This document shows positions 1 to 8,644 of a stretch of DNA of 64,000 bases, piece after piece. This stretch comes from a virus. Position 1 is the first letter of the stretch. Every line of letters begins with the position of its first letter. A program made the translations under genes and the position numbers. The stretch is from IMG/VR virus record IMGVR_UViG_3300026484_000110, one strand, 5' to 3'. The notes under the pieces are model-generated. The model had not been told where the DNA came from, searched no databases, and worked only from the letters and a program-made list of their open reading frames with translations.

Positions 1-2
1 AA

Positions 3-656
3 TATAATGGTAAATTACAGTTAAACAGGTTAATTTTTAATAAATTAATTTTAGATAATGATGACAGTTTTCTATTAAGTATAAATAATAAATTAAATCT
101 ATTATTTGGTAACATAATAGGTACTATTGTAACAGTGATGACATATGATAAACAATTACAAGAAGCAGTGACTGTTTTAGCAATGATTCACTATCTTACA
201 ATGGATATGGAAGATAGTGAAATAACTGATAAAGAAGATATTATAGATGCTTTACCTGATCCTTATCCTAGAAGATTAATGAATGGCGACTTAACAGATA
301 TAGATGACGGAATTCTCTATAACCAAGATTTAATCATACCTAGTAGATACATTACCGACCTTACGCATAATATAGGTGCCTTAATAGATAGTAAAAGAGC
401 TAGAGGTATTACTGCTGATATGTTAGTCCAAGCATTAAGTAGGACATTTTTTGCAATAAATGCTAAAGAATTGGCCTTAGCAATGACTGAACATTTACCT
501 ACTTATTTAGCAATTGTTTTATCAGTAATAAATGAAGGAATAAACAATAGAAGTATGATAAGAAAATTATTAGAAGGTAAAAAATCTCTTTATAAAACAA
601 AAGAGATTAAAAAGGTATTAAATACCGTAATAGATGATAATCTAAATTTACTATAG
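3..656 (+). CDS. Hypothetical protein, 5'-truncated by the window edge
   Basis: Frame 3 is open from base 3 through the tracked ORF (135..656), so the GTG at 135 is internal. Ends at TAG inside a 13-bp hairpin. Confidence 0.75.
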   Translation, partial: YNGKLQLNRLIFNKLILDNDDSFLLSINNKLNLLFGNIIGTIVTVMTYDKQLQEAVTVLAMIHYLTMDMEDSEITDKEDIIDALPDPYPRRLMNGDLTDIDDGILYNQDLIIPSRYITDLTHNIGALIDSKRARGITADMLVQALSRTFFAINAKELALAMTEHLPTYLAIVLSVINEGINNRSMIRKLLEGKKSLYKTKEIKKVLNTVIDDNLNLL

Positions 657-676
657 GGTATGTCCCTATAGTAAAT
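646..676. terminator. Intergenic hairpin overlapping the stop codon
   Basis: atttactataggg-tatgt-ccctatagtaaat, 13-bp stem. Confidence 0.7.
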
Positions 677-680
677 ATTT

Positions 681-697
681 TTCATTTATATATTATT
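681..697 (+). promoter_or_regulatory. Early (virion RNAP-type) promoter motif
   Basis: ttcatttatatattatt resembles the phiKZ early consensus TATATTAC and recurs at 48341 and 55179. Confidence 0.7.
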
Positions 698-727
698 CAA
701 ATGCAAATACCAATTTAAAGGATTAAT

Positions 728-1345
728 ATGGAAAACATTATGTCATTTAGACAATACATCGAATTAGCTAAAAGAACAGAATCTACTATAAATCCATTAA
801 AAGATTCTGTAAACGAATTAGGTTTAAACCATAGAATGTTGCATGCTATTTTGGGTGTAGAGTCAGAATGGATGGAATTTTTAAATGCAGAAGACTATGT
901 GAATGGTGTTGAAGAGTTAGGCGATATTTTATGGTTTATTGCAATCTTAACTGATGCAATAAACGATGATAATTTCACAAATGAGGTAGATGAATTTTAT
1001 AAGAAATTGTATGTAGGTGATATAGACGCTGATGATTTTTCTAATTTTGATACTGATAGCGGTGAAGTCATATCTGCTATTAAAGCTACATTATTCTATG
1101 GTAAAAAACTAGATTTAAATATTATAAAAGATTATATAAAACAAAATATCCAATTAGTAGAATTTAAACTACAAAACGATATTAATCTAGATTTACCTAA
1201 AGATGTAAAAGATTTCGAATTACCTACTATATGTAGAATCAACATCGAAAAATTACAAGCTAGATATCCAGAAAAATTTACTGTCGAAAATACTCTAAAT
1301 AGGAATCTAGAAAAAGAAAGACAAATCCTAGCAGGTAAAAAATAG
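728..1345 (+). CDS. mazG: MazG-like NTP pyrophosphohydrolase
   Basis: HAILGVESEWME and EELGDILWF acidic metal motifs, plus C-terminal NIEKLQARYPEKF typical of phage MazG-like proteins. Confidence 0.8.
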   Translation: MENIMSFRQYIELAKRTESTINPLKDSVNELGLNHRMLHAILGVESEWMEFLNAEDYVNGVEELGDILWFIAILTDAINDDNFTNEVDEFYKKLYVGDIDADDFSNFDTDSGEVISAIKATLFYGKKLDLNIIKDYIKQNIQLVEFKLQNDINLDLPKDVKDFELPTICRINIEKLQARYPEKFTVENTLNRNLEKERQILAGKK

Positions 1346-1371
1346 TATAGTAGGAAACTTCCTACTATACT
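1344..1371 (+). terminator. Hairpin terminator
   Basis: agtatagtagga-aact-tcctactatact, 12-bp stem at the MazG stop. Confidence 0.7.
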
Positions 1372-1406
1372 GATTAATCTAAATTTTAAATTAAAGGAGA
1401 ATAAAA

Positions 1407-1769
1407 ATGATTTTAGCAGCTATTTGTACTCTAGAAGACTCTCTAATAAGTGAGTCCATAGAAGATATAACTTACCATATCAGAAAACAATTAAAACATA
1501 TACCAGCTCTAGAAAGACAAATAAACGGTATTCCACTATACAAACATTTAACTGGATATGAAATTGTATCAGATGTATCAGAAAACACTATCAAATATAA
1601 ATACAAATACATACCTGGTAAATTAATACTAAAAATAGAAAATAAAAAATTATTTATTTACTTAAAAAATATAAATCTAACTATTTCAGAATTAGAAGAA
1701 ATATTGTCTAAGTTATGTCTTAAACACATTATAGCTAATTATGAAATTACAACAGAATTTAAATTATAA
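1407..1769 (+). CDS. Hypothetical protein (120 aa)
   Basis: AAGGAG RBS upstream, ends at a shared hairpin. Confidence 0.75.
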   Translation: MILAAICTLEDSLISESIEDITYHIRKQLKHIPALERQINGIPLYKHLTGYEIVSDVSENTIKYKYKYIPGKLILKIENKKLFIYLKNINLTISELEEILSKLCLKHIIANYEITTEFKL

Positions 1770-1770
1770 T

Positions 1771-1801
1771 ATCTAGATAGGATTTAATATCCTATCTAGA
1801 T
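1771..1801. terminator. Bidirectional hairpin between convergent genes
   Basis: atctagataggat-ttaat-atcctatctagat, 13-bp stem. Confidence 0.75.
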
Positions 1802-2269
1802 TTGATCTCTTTCATTATCCATATCTAATATTTTATTTAACGCATCCTCAAATATGGCTATATTTTCATTCTTTTTTACTTTTAAATATAAATACTTATT
1901 TTCATACTTCATTTCCTTTTCTAATATTTCTATATTTAATTTTTTAATCAAATTTAAAATTAATTCTTTTATCAGTTTACTATGTAATTTAATTTCATAC
2001 TCTCTACAATTACAATTTTTTTCTTTTTGTTTTGTACTCCATTTATTATACAACTTGTAATCAACTATTGTAATATCTTCATTACCTATATTTAATATTT
2101 CTACATCACGATTTTCCTCTATAAATTCTTTTCTTAACTCTGAGTCTAATGTAGTGGATAAGTAGACATTACTTAAATAATCTTTACCTATTCCTAATGT
2201 CCTTATTACTAATTTATCTTCTTTTTTAATATTTAATTTATTCATAAATAATTTTACTAATTTCTTCAT
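1796..2269 (-). CDS. Hypothetical protein (157 aa)
   Basis: AAGGATG RBS on the minus strand, converges on the 1771 hairpin. Confidence 0.7.
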   Translation of the reverse strand: MKKLVKLFMNKLNIKKEDKLVIRTLGIGKDYLSNVYLSTTLDSELRKEFIEENRDVEILNIGNEDITIVDYKLYNKWSTKQKEKNCNCREYEIKLHSKLIKELILNLIKKLNIEILEKEMKYENKYLYLKVKKNENIAIFEDALNKILDMDNERDQI

Positions 2270-2320
2270 ATATCATCCTTTATTTATATATATGTCTCAT
2301 TATTATATATTTATATAATT

Positions 2321-2520
2321 CGGTACTACATGCTGTCGCATTACCCACCCTCCGCCCAGCGAGGGACTCCCGCTCCTCTGCTCCTCCCAGATTCCATACC
2401 AGCTAATATGGTCCAGACCACTCCATACCTGTAGCCCTTACCTCATGGAGGCAGGTACTACAGGTATAAAGCATGTACTGACTGGTCGTATAGCCCCTCG
2501 CTACAGCTATACTAGTAGAG
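2321..2520. ncRNA. Candidate structured non-coding RNA/DNA element (family and strand unknown)
   Basis: 108/200 G+C by hand count in an AT-rich genome. Nested stems 2327-2334/2470-2477, 2348-2365, 2425-2467 and 2488-2512. No tracked ORF. Confidence 0.55.
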
Positions 2521-2672
2521 TGATCGCAACTATCTCAATCTTGAGTAGTATTTTGATATCGTACCTACAGTACAATTTAAGGTCCTAATAGCTTTTGCTA
2601 TCATACATATTGCATTTGTCTAAAATTTTTTCATTAAGAACATTATTTTAGAAAAGGACATAAAGGAAAAAA

Positions 2673-4841
2673 ATGTTTGAAGTATTTAAATTAGAGAAAG
2701 ATAAATATACCACCGATATAGATCCTATTAACCACTATATAGAGCAAGCTAGTAAATACATAGCAACACAAAATCATTTACCTATAGAAGAAGCAAAAAA
2801 GAAAGTTAAAAATGTTTTAAATAAATTAAAACAAGAACATCAGATTAGAAATCCTAGAGTGAGATATAGGGAAAGAACATTAGATGGTAAAATAATTAAT
2901 AATCAGTATACAACTATATTAGGATATATAAATTATGTAAAACAGAATGATGATATTTTAGTACCATCTTTTACAGTATATTTTAATCGTAAAAAGAAGA
3001 AATCACTGCATGCTGAATTTATTAGTGAAAATATTGCCTTAAGATCTAAACATAAAAAATTGGCTTTTAAGTATAAAATGGATGGTGATAAAGAAAAATC
3101 CAATTATCATAATACATTGCAAAAATCTATGAAAATTAAAAACAATAGTTTATCAGGAGCATATGCTAGTGCAGGTACAGTACTATATAATCCATCGGCA
3201 CACTATACACTAACATCTATTACAAGATGTGTATCAGGAATAGGTAATGCTATATCTGAATCAATGATTACAGGTAATAGACATTATAGAGATCCTAATG
3301 TGACATTAAACCATTTAACAGCTATTGTAACAAATATAGACATGGATAACTTTAAACAGATAATGGATAAGTACGAATTATATTATCCTACAGCTGAAGA
3401 AGTATTAAATAAAGTAATATTAAAGTCTAGTAAATATTACTGGAGAAATACTTATAGAGAACATAGAATATTAGAATTTTTGAAAAGATTATCTCCCGTA
3501 GAAAGAGCAGCTATTACATATGTGAATGATTTATACCAACTAAGAGAATTTAATCCTGAATTTGTAAGGAAGTTATTAGATAGTATACTATTTAAAGAAG
3601 CAAAAATAAATACTGTCGAACAAGCTATAGAAGTCTTAAAATCTTTAGAAGATTGGATAATAAACTTATTACTACATCTGAAAGCTGATATAGTACGTGG
3701 TAGAAAATATGTTTTAGAGGGGGAAGATAAATTACCAGATGAGGTAATAATAGATTTAGCTAAAGCAGGTTTAAATGCTCAAAGAGTATTTCATAATTAC
3801 AAAGACTTAATACAGACATTATTTGTTACAAAGGTATTTCCTATCTCTATAGCATATATAAGAGATATGTTAAGAGAAGTAATTGTGTTATCAGATACAG
3901 ATAGTACATGTGCTACATATCAAAATTGGATAGAATGGTATTTTGGTAAACCTGTGATAAATTCTACAGCAATAGGTCTGACTGCTATAGTGATGACATT
4001 TAATACACAAGCAATAGACCATTATATTAAAGTACTAGGTGCAAATATGAATATTGGTTACGAGGGAGCTAAGAATTTACAAATGAAAAATGAATTTTTC
4101 TGGGATGTATTTGTAAATACAGATGTATCCAAACACTATTTCGCTAATGTTAGAATACAAGAGGGTAATGTATTTAAAGAACCAGACCTAGAGAAGAAAG
4201 GTGTGCATCTTATAGCATCATATGCTTACCAACCGGTAAGAGACTTAGCTGAAAAAATGATGAGAGATATTATGGATACTATCTCTAGAAACGAAAAATT
4301 GTCATTAACAAAATATTTGAAACAAGTAGTAGAAGCAGAACAAATGATTATTAAAGCAATTAAATCAGGTAGCCCTAATGTATTAAAATTAGAAAAAATA
4401 AAAGAACCTACAGCATATAAAGCAGAAATGGATAAATCTCCTTATTTACAATATTTATTATGGCAAGATGTCTTTGCAGATAAATATGGTAATGCACCTG
4501 ATCCTACTTATATGGCTGTTAAAATTCCTACCATAATTAATAGTAAAAAAGATATGGAAAATTGGTTATCTAGTTTAGAAGATCAAGAATTTACTAATAA
4601 GTTTAGAGAGTTTATGAAAAAATATAACAAAACAGAAATTAAGACATTCAAATTTCCATTAGTAAATTTACACAATAAAGGTTTCCCTAAAGAGATAATG
4701 GATATTATAGATATTAAGAAAGTAGTAAAAGATAATTGTAATATGTTATATATTATTTTAAACAGCATGGGATATTATGTTAAACCAAACTTAATATTAT
4801 CCGAAGAATTACCATTTTTAAAGGATGCTGAAAAAAAGTAA
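2673..4841 (+). CDS. polB: Family B DNA polymerase, polymerase-domain subunit (phiKZ gp50-like split PolB)
   Basis: Motif B QKSMKIKNNSLSGAY and motif C VIVLSDTDST. No 3'-5' exonuclease domain evident, as in split phiKZ-type PolB. Confidence 0.9.
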   Translation: MFEVFKLEKDKYTTDIDPINHYIEQASKYIATQNHLPIEEAKKKVKNVLNKLKQEHQIRNPRVRYRERTLDGKIINNQYTTILGYINYVKQNDDILVPSFTVYFNRKKKKSLHAEFISENIALRSKHKKLAFKYKMDGDKEKSNYHNTLQKSMKIKNNSLSGAYASAGTVLYNPSAHYTLTSITRCVSGIGNAISESMITGNRHYRDPNVTLNHLTAIVTNIDMDNFKQIMDKYELYYPTAEEVLNKVILKSSKYYWRNTYREHRILEFLKRLSPVERAAITYVNDLYQLREFNPEFVRKLLDSILFKEAKINTVEQAIEVLKSLEDWIINLLLHLKADIVRGRKYVLEGEDKLPDEVIIDLAKAGLNAQRVFHNYKDLIQTLFVTKVFPISIAYIRDMLREVIVLSDTDSTCATYQNWIEWYFGKPVINSTAIGLTAIVMTFNTQAIDHYIKVLGANMNIGYEGAKNLQMKNEFFWDVFVNTDVSKHYFANVRIQEGNVFKEPDLEKKGVHLIASYAYQPVRDLAEKMMRDIMDTISRNEKLSLTKYLKQVVEAEQMIIKAIKSGSPNVLKLEKIKEPTAYKAEMDKSPYLQYLLWQDVFADKYGNAPDPTYMAVKIPTIINSKKDMENWLSSLEDQEFTNKFREFMKKYNKTEIKTFKFPLVNLHNKGFPKEIMDIIDIKKVVKDNCNMLYIILNSMGYYVKPNLILSEELPFLKDAEKK

Positions 4842-5239
4842 TTTACAAATGGGCTAGGAGAGTAAATAGAGGTGAACCCTATTACGAAGTATCCAGTAAA
4901 GGTGATAAAAGATATTCAGCTCTCTATGCTCGTTTAAGTAGTTATAATAATAAATCCATAGAAGAAATTTACCAACTAGATATTAAGGGTTACAGAGATA
5001 AAGTAAAACATTGGAAAGAAGCTAAAGGTAAACCGCCATTAAATAATAAGACAGAAAATGAATTATTTAAAGAGTATGTAATACTATGGGAACAATATTT
5101 TAAAGAAAATCCTACATTGCTAAAAGAAATAAAAAATAAAGCAAAAGGTAAGACAATTACAGATATGTTCGGAGTCACATCTATCAATCAAGCCAGAGCA
5201 ATTTGTTATATTTTAAACGACTACAAAGAATATGATTAA
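4838..5239 (+). CDS. Untracked conserved-looking phage protein lacking a canonical start codon (tentatively NADAR-like)
   Basis: Open frame VIYKWARRVNRGEPYYEVSSKGDKRYSALYARL...SIEEIYQLDIKGY...KGKPP...TDMFGVTSINQARAICYILN fills the gap exactly. Fold assignment is a guess. Confidence 0.7.
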   Translation, partial: VIYKWARRVNRGEPYYEVSSKGDKRYSALYARLSSYNNKSIEEIYQLDIKGYRDKVKHWKEAKGKPPLNNKTENELFKEYVILWEQYFKENPTLLKEIKNKAKGKTITDMFGVTSINQARAICYILNDYKEYD

Positions 5240-5253
5240 GAAAAGGAGAGATC

Positions 5254-5733
5254 ATGAACGAAAAAACTGAAAATAAAATTTTAATAATAGTATTTGCTTT
5301 AAGCGCCATTTTAACTGCATTATCTGCACTTTATATATCTGGTTTAATACCATTGGTCATATTTGTTATATTAATTATTGCGTTTGTAACAGTAGATGAT
5401 ACAGTGGGTAATGATTTGTTAGGAGCTATAATAGCTATTAGTTTATTTGGTATTTTATTAGGAGGAGCAATTCCAACATTTTTAGGCATGTTTGACAAAA
5501 CTAAAGTTACTAATTACTATGTTGTAAAAAACGCTAAGGAAGTAAATAATGAAATATGTGGTTTAGTAAAGGGAAATGTTAAATGTTTTTATCTACAAGA
5601 TACGACTAATGAAGACTATTATAGATTAGAACAAAAACTTAAGAATAACGAACCTATTACAATTATAGAGAAGACTACGTATAATGTAGTAGGTAGAGCT
5701 ACTGATAAAGATTACTATCTTAAGGATAAATAA
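5254..5733 (+). CDS. Membrane protein (about 3 N-terminal TM helices, soluble C-terminus)
   Basis: Hydrophobic segments in residues ~8-75, AAGGAG RBS. Confidence 0.8.
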   Translation: MNEKTENKILIIVFALSAILTALSALYISGLIPLVIFVILIIAFVTVDDTVGNDLLGAIIAISLFGILLGGAIPTFLGMFDKTKVTNYYVVKNAKEVNNEICGLVKGNVKCFYLQDTTNEDYYRLEQKLKNNEPITIIEKTTYNVVGRATDKDYYLKDK

Positions 5734-6311
5734 TGTTTATAATTGGAATTGTAGGATTAGATAGATGTGGTAAAGATACATTTGCAAAAATGTTAGTAAA
5801 AGAGTTTAAAAAACATAAGAAAGAGGTAGCTATACGATCGTTTGCAGATAAACTAAAAGATGTAACAGCAGACATAATGAAAGTAGATAGACACCTTTTA
5901 GAAAAAATGAAAAATGATAATATTTTAGTTAGTAATGGAATTGAAATTATGACTACTAGAGATTATATAATAAGAGTAGCAGATAGTATTAGAAAAAACT
6001 TAGGAGAAGACGTTTTTATAGACGCACTTAAGAAAGAATTAAACAAAATAGAAAATATAGATATTGTAATATTACCAGATACAAGATTCGTGTTAGAAGC
6101 AGAAATGATAAAACAAATGAATGGACTCGTGGTGAGGTTGCATTCTGATACTAGTAACTGTGGTAAGAATGGAAAAAGATATGAAGTAGATAAAATTAAA
6201 CCTGATGTAAACGTAAAAAATAAAAAAGGACAATTAACAGTTATGGAAGATGAAGCAGATAGATTAGTTAAATATGTAATCGAAAAGAAGTTAAAAAATA
6301 TTTATGATTAA
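5733..6311 (+). CDS. Deoxynucleoside monophosphate kinase
   Basis: P-loop variant IIGIVGLDRCGKDT, RSFADKLKD, ILPDTRFVLEA (D-x-RF-x-x-E). Confidence 0.85.
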   Translation: MFIIGIVGLDRCGKDTFAKMLVKEFKKHKKEVAIRSFADKLKDVTADIMKVDRHLLEKMKNDNILVSNGIEIMTTRDYIIRVADSIRKNLGEDVFIDALKKELNKIENIDIVILPDTRFVLEAEMIKQMNGLVVRLHSDTSNCGKNGKRYEVDKIKPDVNVKNKKGQLTVMEDEADRLVKYVIEKKLKNIYD

Positions 6312-6355
6312 TTTATCAGATTGATATAATAAAGAAACTAAAAAAGGAGGTATCT

Positions 6356-6526
6356 ATGAACAATATACCGTTAGATGTACTCATTACACTGGATGGTAGA
6401 TATAGCAAAAATGAATCTGTACAGATTCTAAAAAATATATTAATGGAAAAACTCAATTTGAGAGGTAAAGAAGCTAAAAAGTATGCAAAGATGTGGAAAA
6501 AAATGATGAAAGATTTAAAGGAGTAA
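6356..6526 (+). CDS. Small basic hypothetical protein (56 aa, below track cutoff)
   Basis: GGAGG RBS then MNNIPLDVLITLDGRYSKNESVQILKNILMEKLNLRGKEAKKYAKMWKKMMKDLKE. Confidence 0.7.
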   Translation: MNNIPLDVLITLDGRYSKNESVQILKNILMEKLNLRGKEAKKYAKMWKKMMKDLKE

Positions 6527-6529
6527 ACA

Positions 6530-6997
6530 ATGAAAAAATATAAATGTATTAAAGTAGTAGAAGCGGAACCAATGACGTATCATGATGCTGGAAGTTTAGG
6601 ATTGGTTAGAGATTATGAACCAGATGCAGAAAACCAACCCGGATTTAGAGTAAAGTATAGTGATAATTATGAAAGTTGGTCACCTTATGCTGCATTTGTT
6701 AATGGTTATAAAGAACTTAGTAATGAGAACATGACATTTAGCGAAGCTATAGAGGCATTAAAGCAAGGTAAAAAAGTAGCCAGAAAAGGTTGGAATGGGA
6801 AAGGTATGTGGTTAATATATGTACCAGGTAACGAAGTAGAAATAAGAGAAAATACACCTTACTGGAATGCTGGTTTAAGAGGTAAAATTAGAATTGATGG
6901 ACACATTGATATGTATACAGCACAGGGAACATTGCAACCTGGTTGGTTAGCTAGTCAGACAGACATGACAGCTGAAGATTGGATGATAGTAGAATAG
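6530..6997 (+). CDS. DUF2829 (Tad2-like signalling-nucleotide sponge) domain fused to an N-terminal small module
   Basis: MTFSEAIEALKQGKKVARKGWNGKGMWL and GWLASQTDMTAEDW are DUF2829 signatures. N-terminal module KKYKCIKVVEAEPM...YESWSPYAAFVNGY. Confidence 0.8.
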   Translation: MKKYKCIKVVEAEPMTYHDAGSLGLVRDYEPDAENQPGFRVKYSDNYESWSPYAAFVNGYKELSNENMTFSEAIEALKQGKKVARKGWNGKGMWLIYVPGNEVEIRENTPYWNAGLRGKIRIDGHIDMYTAQGTLQPGWLASQTDMTAEDWMIVE

Positions 6998-7005
6998 AGA
7001 AAACC

Positions 7006-7035
7006 ACTAATAGGCAGGATGTTCTGCCTATTAGT
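7006..7035. terminator. Bidirectional hairpin
   Basis: actaataggcag-gatgtt-ctgcctattagt between convergent genes. Confidence 0.7.
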
Positions 7036-8035
7036 AATGGTTTACTTTAAAACCAGAATGTTCCATAGTTTTTATATAATCTATTAGTACTTCGTTACCA
7101 TAGGTAAAACTACCTGTTACTTCGGCTTTTATTTCAATTTTTGCATCGTTTGTTACAGATATGTTTTCTACTCTACCTATTTCTTTATGATTATTATATA
7201 AGATTATTTCGTTGTCCTTTATCAATGCTCCTGGCAATATTTCTTTTTTATCGTTTACAGGTATTTCAAAAATACCTAATGCTAAACCATTTTTTATTAC
7301 CATGCTATACACTTTAAATAATTTATTAGTAGATTTTACATTAGCTAGTCTTATAACGACATCATCCGCATTAAAGTTTAATACAAAACTACTATTTAAT
7401 ACATTCTTTAATTTAATTCTAGATTCGATATATTTATTTTTAATATTTACCTTATATAAAGACCAAATCATGCTGTTATGAAATCCTTGATCTTCACCAG
7501 TGCCTATTTTTAACCACCCTTCGACACCGTCATTTATTAAATCTATAAATTTATTACTAAAACTACCATTAATACCTTGTCCAAAATAAATCTTCCATTC
7601 ATCTGGATCTAGATAATCCACTAAAAAATCTTCTTTATAAACAGTATTATAAAACCATATATCTATAGGGTTATCATCTTTTTTAAATTCGTTTACTTGT
7701 ATTAGTTCATTCTTTTTGTTATATATTTTTTCTTTTACAAATTTATCCTTATCGTAAAATCTTACTATTTTACTTTTGTCAGGTTTTAATAAATACCAGG
7801 GTGATTCTCCATTGTCTGTATATAATTTCACTCTTGCAAATATATCTGTATCTTCTTCGATAAATTTACCATCCGGTAACTGCAAACTGTTGAACCATTC
7901 TGATAAATTTACTGTTACTATTTCATCTGTTATTATATTTTCAAATTTTTCATCTAACGCTACTTGATACCATGCTTTTTTGATATCAGTGAGTGTGTTA
8001 TAAATTAGATATTTATCTACATAAAATTTTGCCAT
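7031..8035 (-). CDS. Probable virion protein: N-terminal FN3/Ig-like module plus beta-rich, lectin-like C-terminus
   Basis: Start moved to MAKF after the AAGGAG RBS. WYQVALDEKFENII resembles WQVAEDEDFQNIV in 52577..53488. Confidence 0.55.
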   Translation of the reverse strand: MAKFYVDKYLIYNTLTDIKKAWYQVALDEKFENIITDEIVTVNLSEWFNSLQLPDGKFIEEDTDIFARVKLYTDNGESPWYLLKPDKSKIVRFYDKDKFVKEKIYNKKNELIQVNEFKKDDNPIDIWFYNTVYKEDFLVDYLDPDEWKIYFGQGINGSFSNKFIDLINDGVEGWLKIGTGEDQGFHNSMIWSLYKVNIKNKYIESRIKLKNVLNSSFVLNFNADDVVIRLANVKSTNKLFKVYSMVIKNGLALGIFEIPVNDKKEILPGALIKDNEIILYNNHKEIGRVENISVTNDAKIEIKAEVTGSFTYGNEVLIDYIKTMEHSGFKVNHY

Positions 8036-8094
8036 AAGTTCTCCTTTAAACATACTTGTTCACTTGAAGAAATTACAATCATTAAGGAGAAAAG

Positions 8095-8610
8095 ATGTTT
8101 TATTTGGTAGCTAACGATAAAAAAGTACCTTTATTCGTGGATAAAAAGTTTAATAAAGAAATTTTGACAAGCATGTACTTACCTACTGCAAACTATAAAA
8201 GTGCAATAGATAACCTTACAAGAATATATGAGACTAATACAGATAACTCAATTATATTATCAGCAATAGCTGTTGCAATAACTGATTTTATCAAATTCAA
8301 ATTGGAAGAAGTAGATATCGATTTTGAAAAAGAGAGCTATATTCTAGGATTTAAGCAGGTTGTAAGGTATATCTTAGATACAATGGGTGTTATTTATCAA
8401 TCCGATTATAACGAAGTAGTTAATAAAGCCAATTTATTATTTAAAGCTAGATTTAGTTCGATAGTAGCTGAAGATACATATGGTCTTAAAGATCTATTAA
8501 CATTAAAAAATGATATTTTACCAGAAAATATGTATGGGGAAAAACTCAAATTGTTTAATAATGTAAACGATATTACTGGATTTATTTTACGTGGTATTAG
8601 AATTTCTTAA
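8095..8610 (+). CDS. Hypothetical protein (171 aa)
   Basis: AAGGAG RBS, divergent from the previous gene. Confidence 0.75.
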   Translation: MFYLVANDKKVPLFVDKKFNKEILTSMYLPTANYKSAIDNLTRIYETNTDNSIILSAIAVAITDFIKFKLEEVDIDFEKESYILGFKQVVRYILDTMGVIYQSDYNEVVNKANLLFKARFSSIVAEDTYGLKDLLTLKNDILPENMYGEKLKLFNNVNDITGFILRGIRIS

Positions 8611-8644
8611 TAGATATCACTAGCTTATAAGCTAGTGATATCTA
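8611..8644. terminator. Perfect 34-bp palindrome between convergent genes
   Basis: tagatatcactagctta|taagctagtgatatcta. Confidence 0.7.

Noticed and set aside
2321-2610. tRNA, tmRNA, SRP, RNase P, hammerhead or group II intron domain in the GC-rich island
   Set aside because: I found no cloverleaf or T-loop, CCA end, SRP GGAA loop context, CUGAUGA core or domain V motif on either strand by eye. A covariance search is still needed.
8611-8644. Perfect 34-bp palindrome as a protelomerase/telomere resolution site
   Set aside because: It sits exactly between convergent stop codons like the other hairpins, and no protelomerase is seen in the window. A terminator is the simpler explanation.
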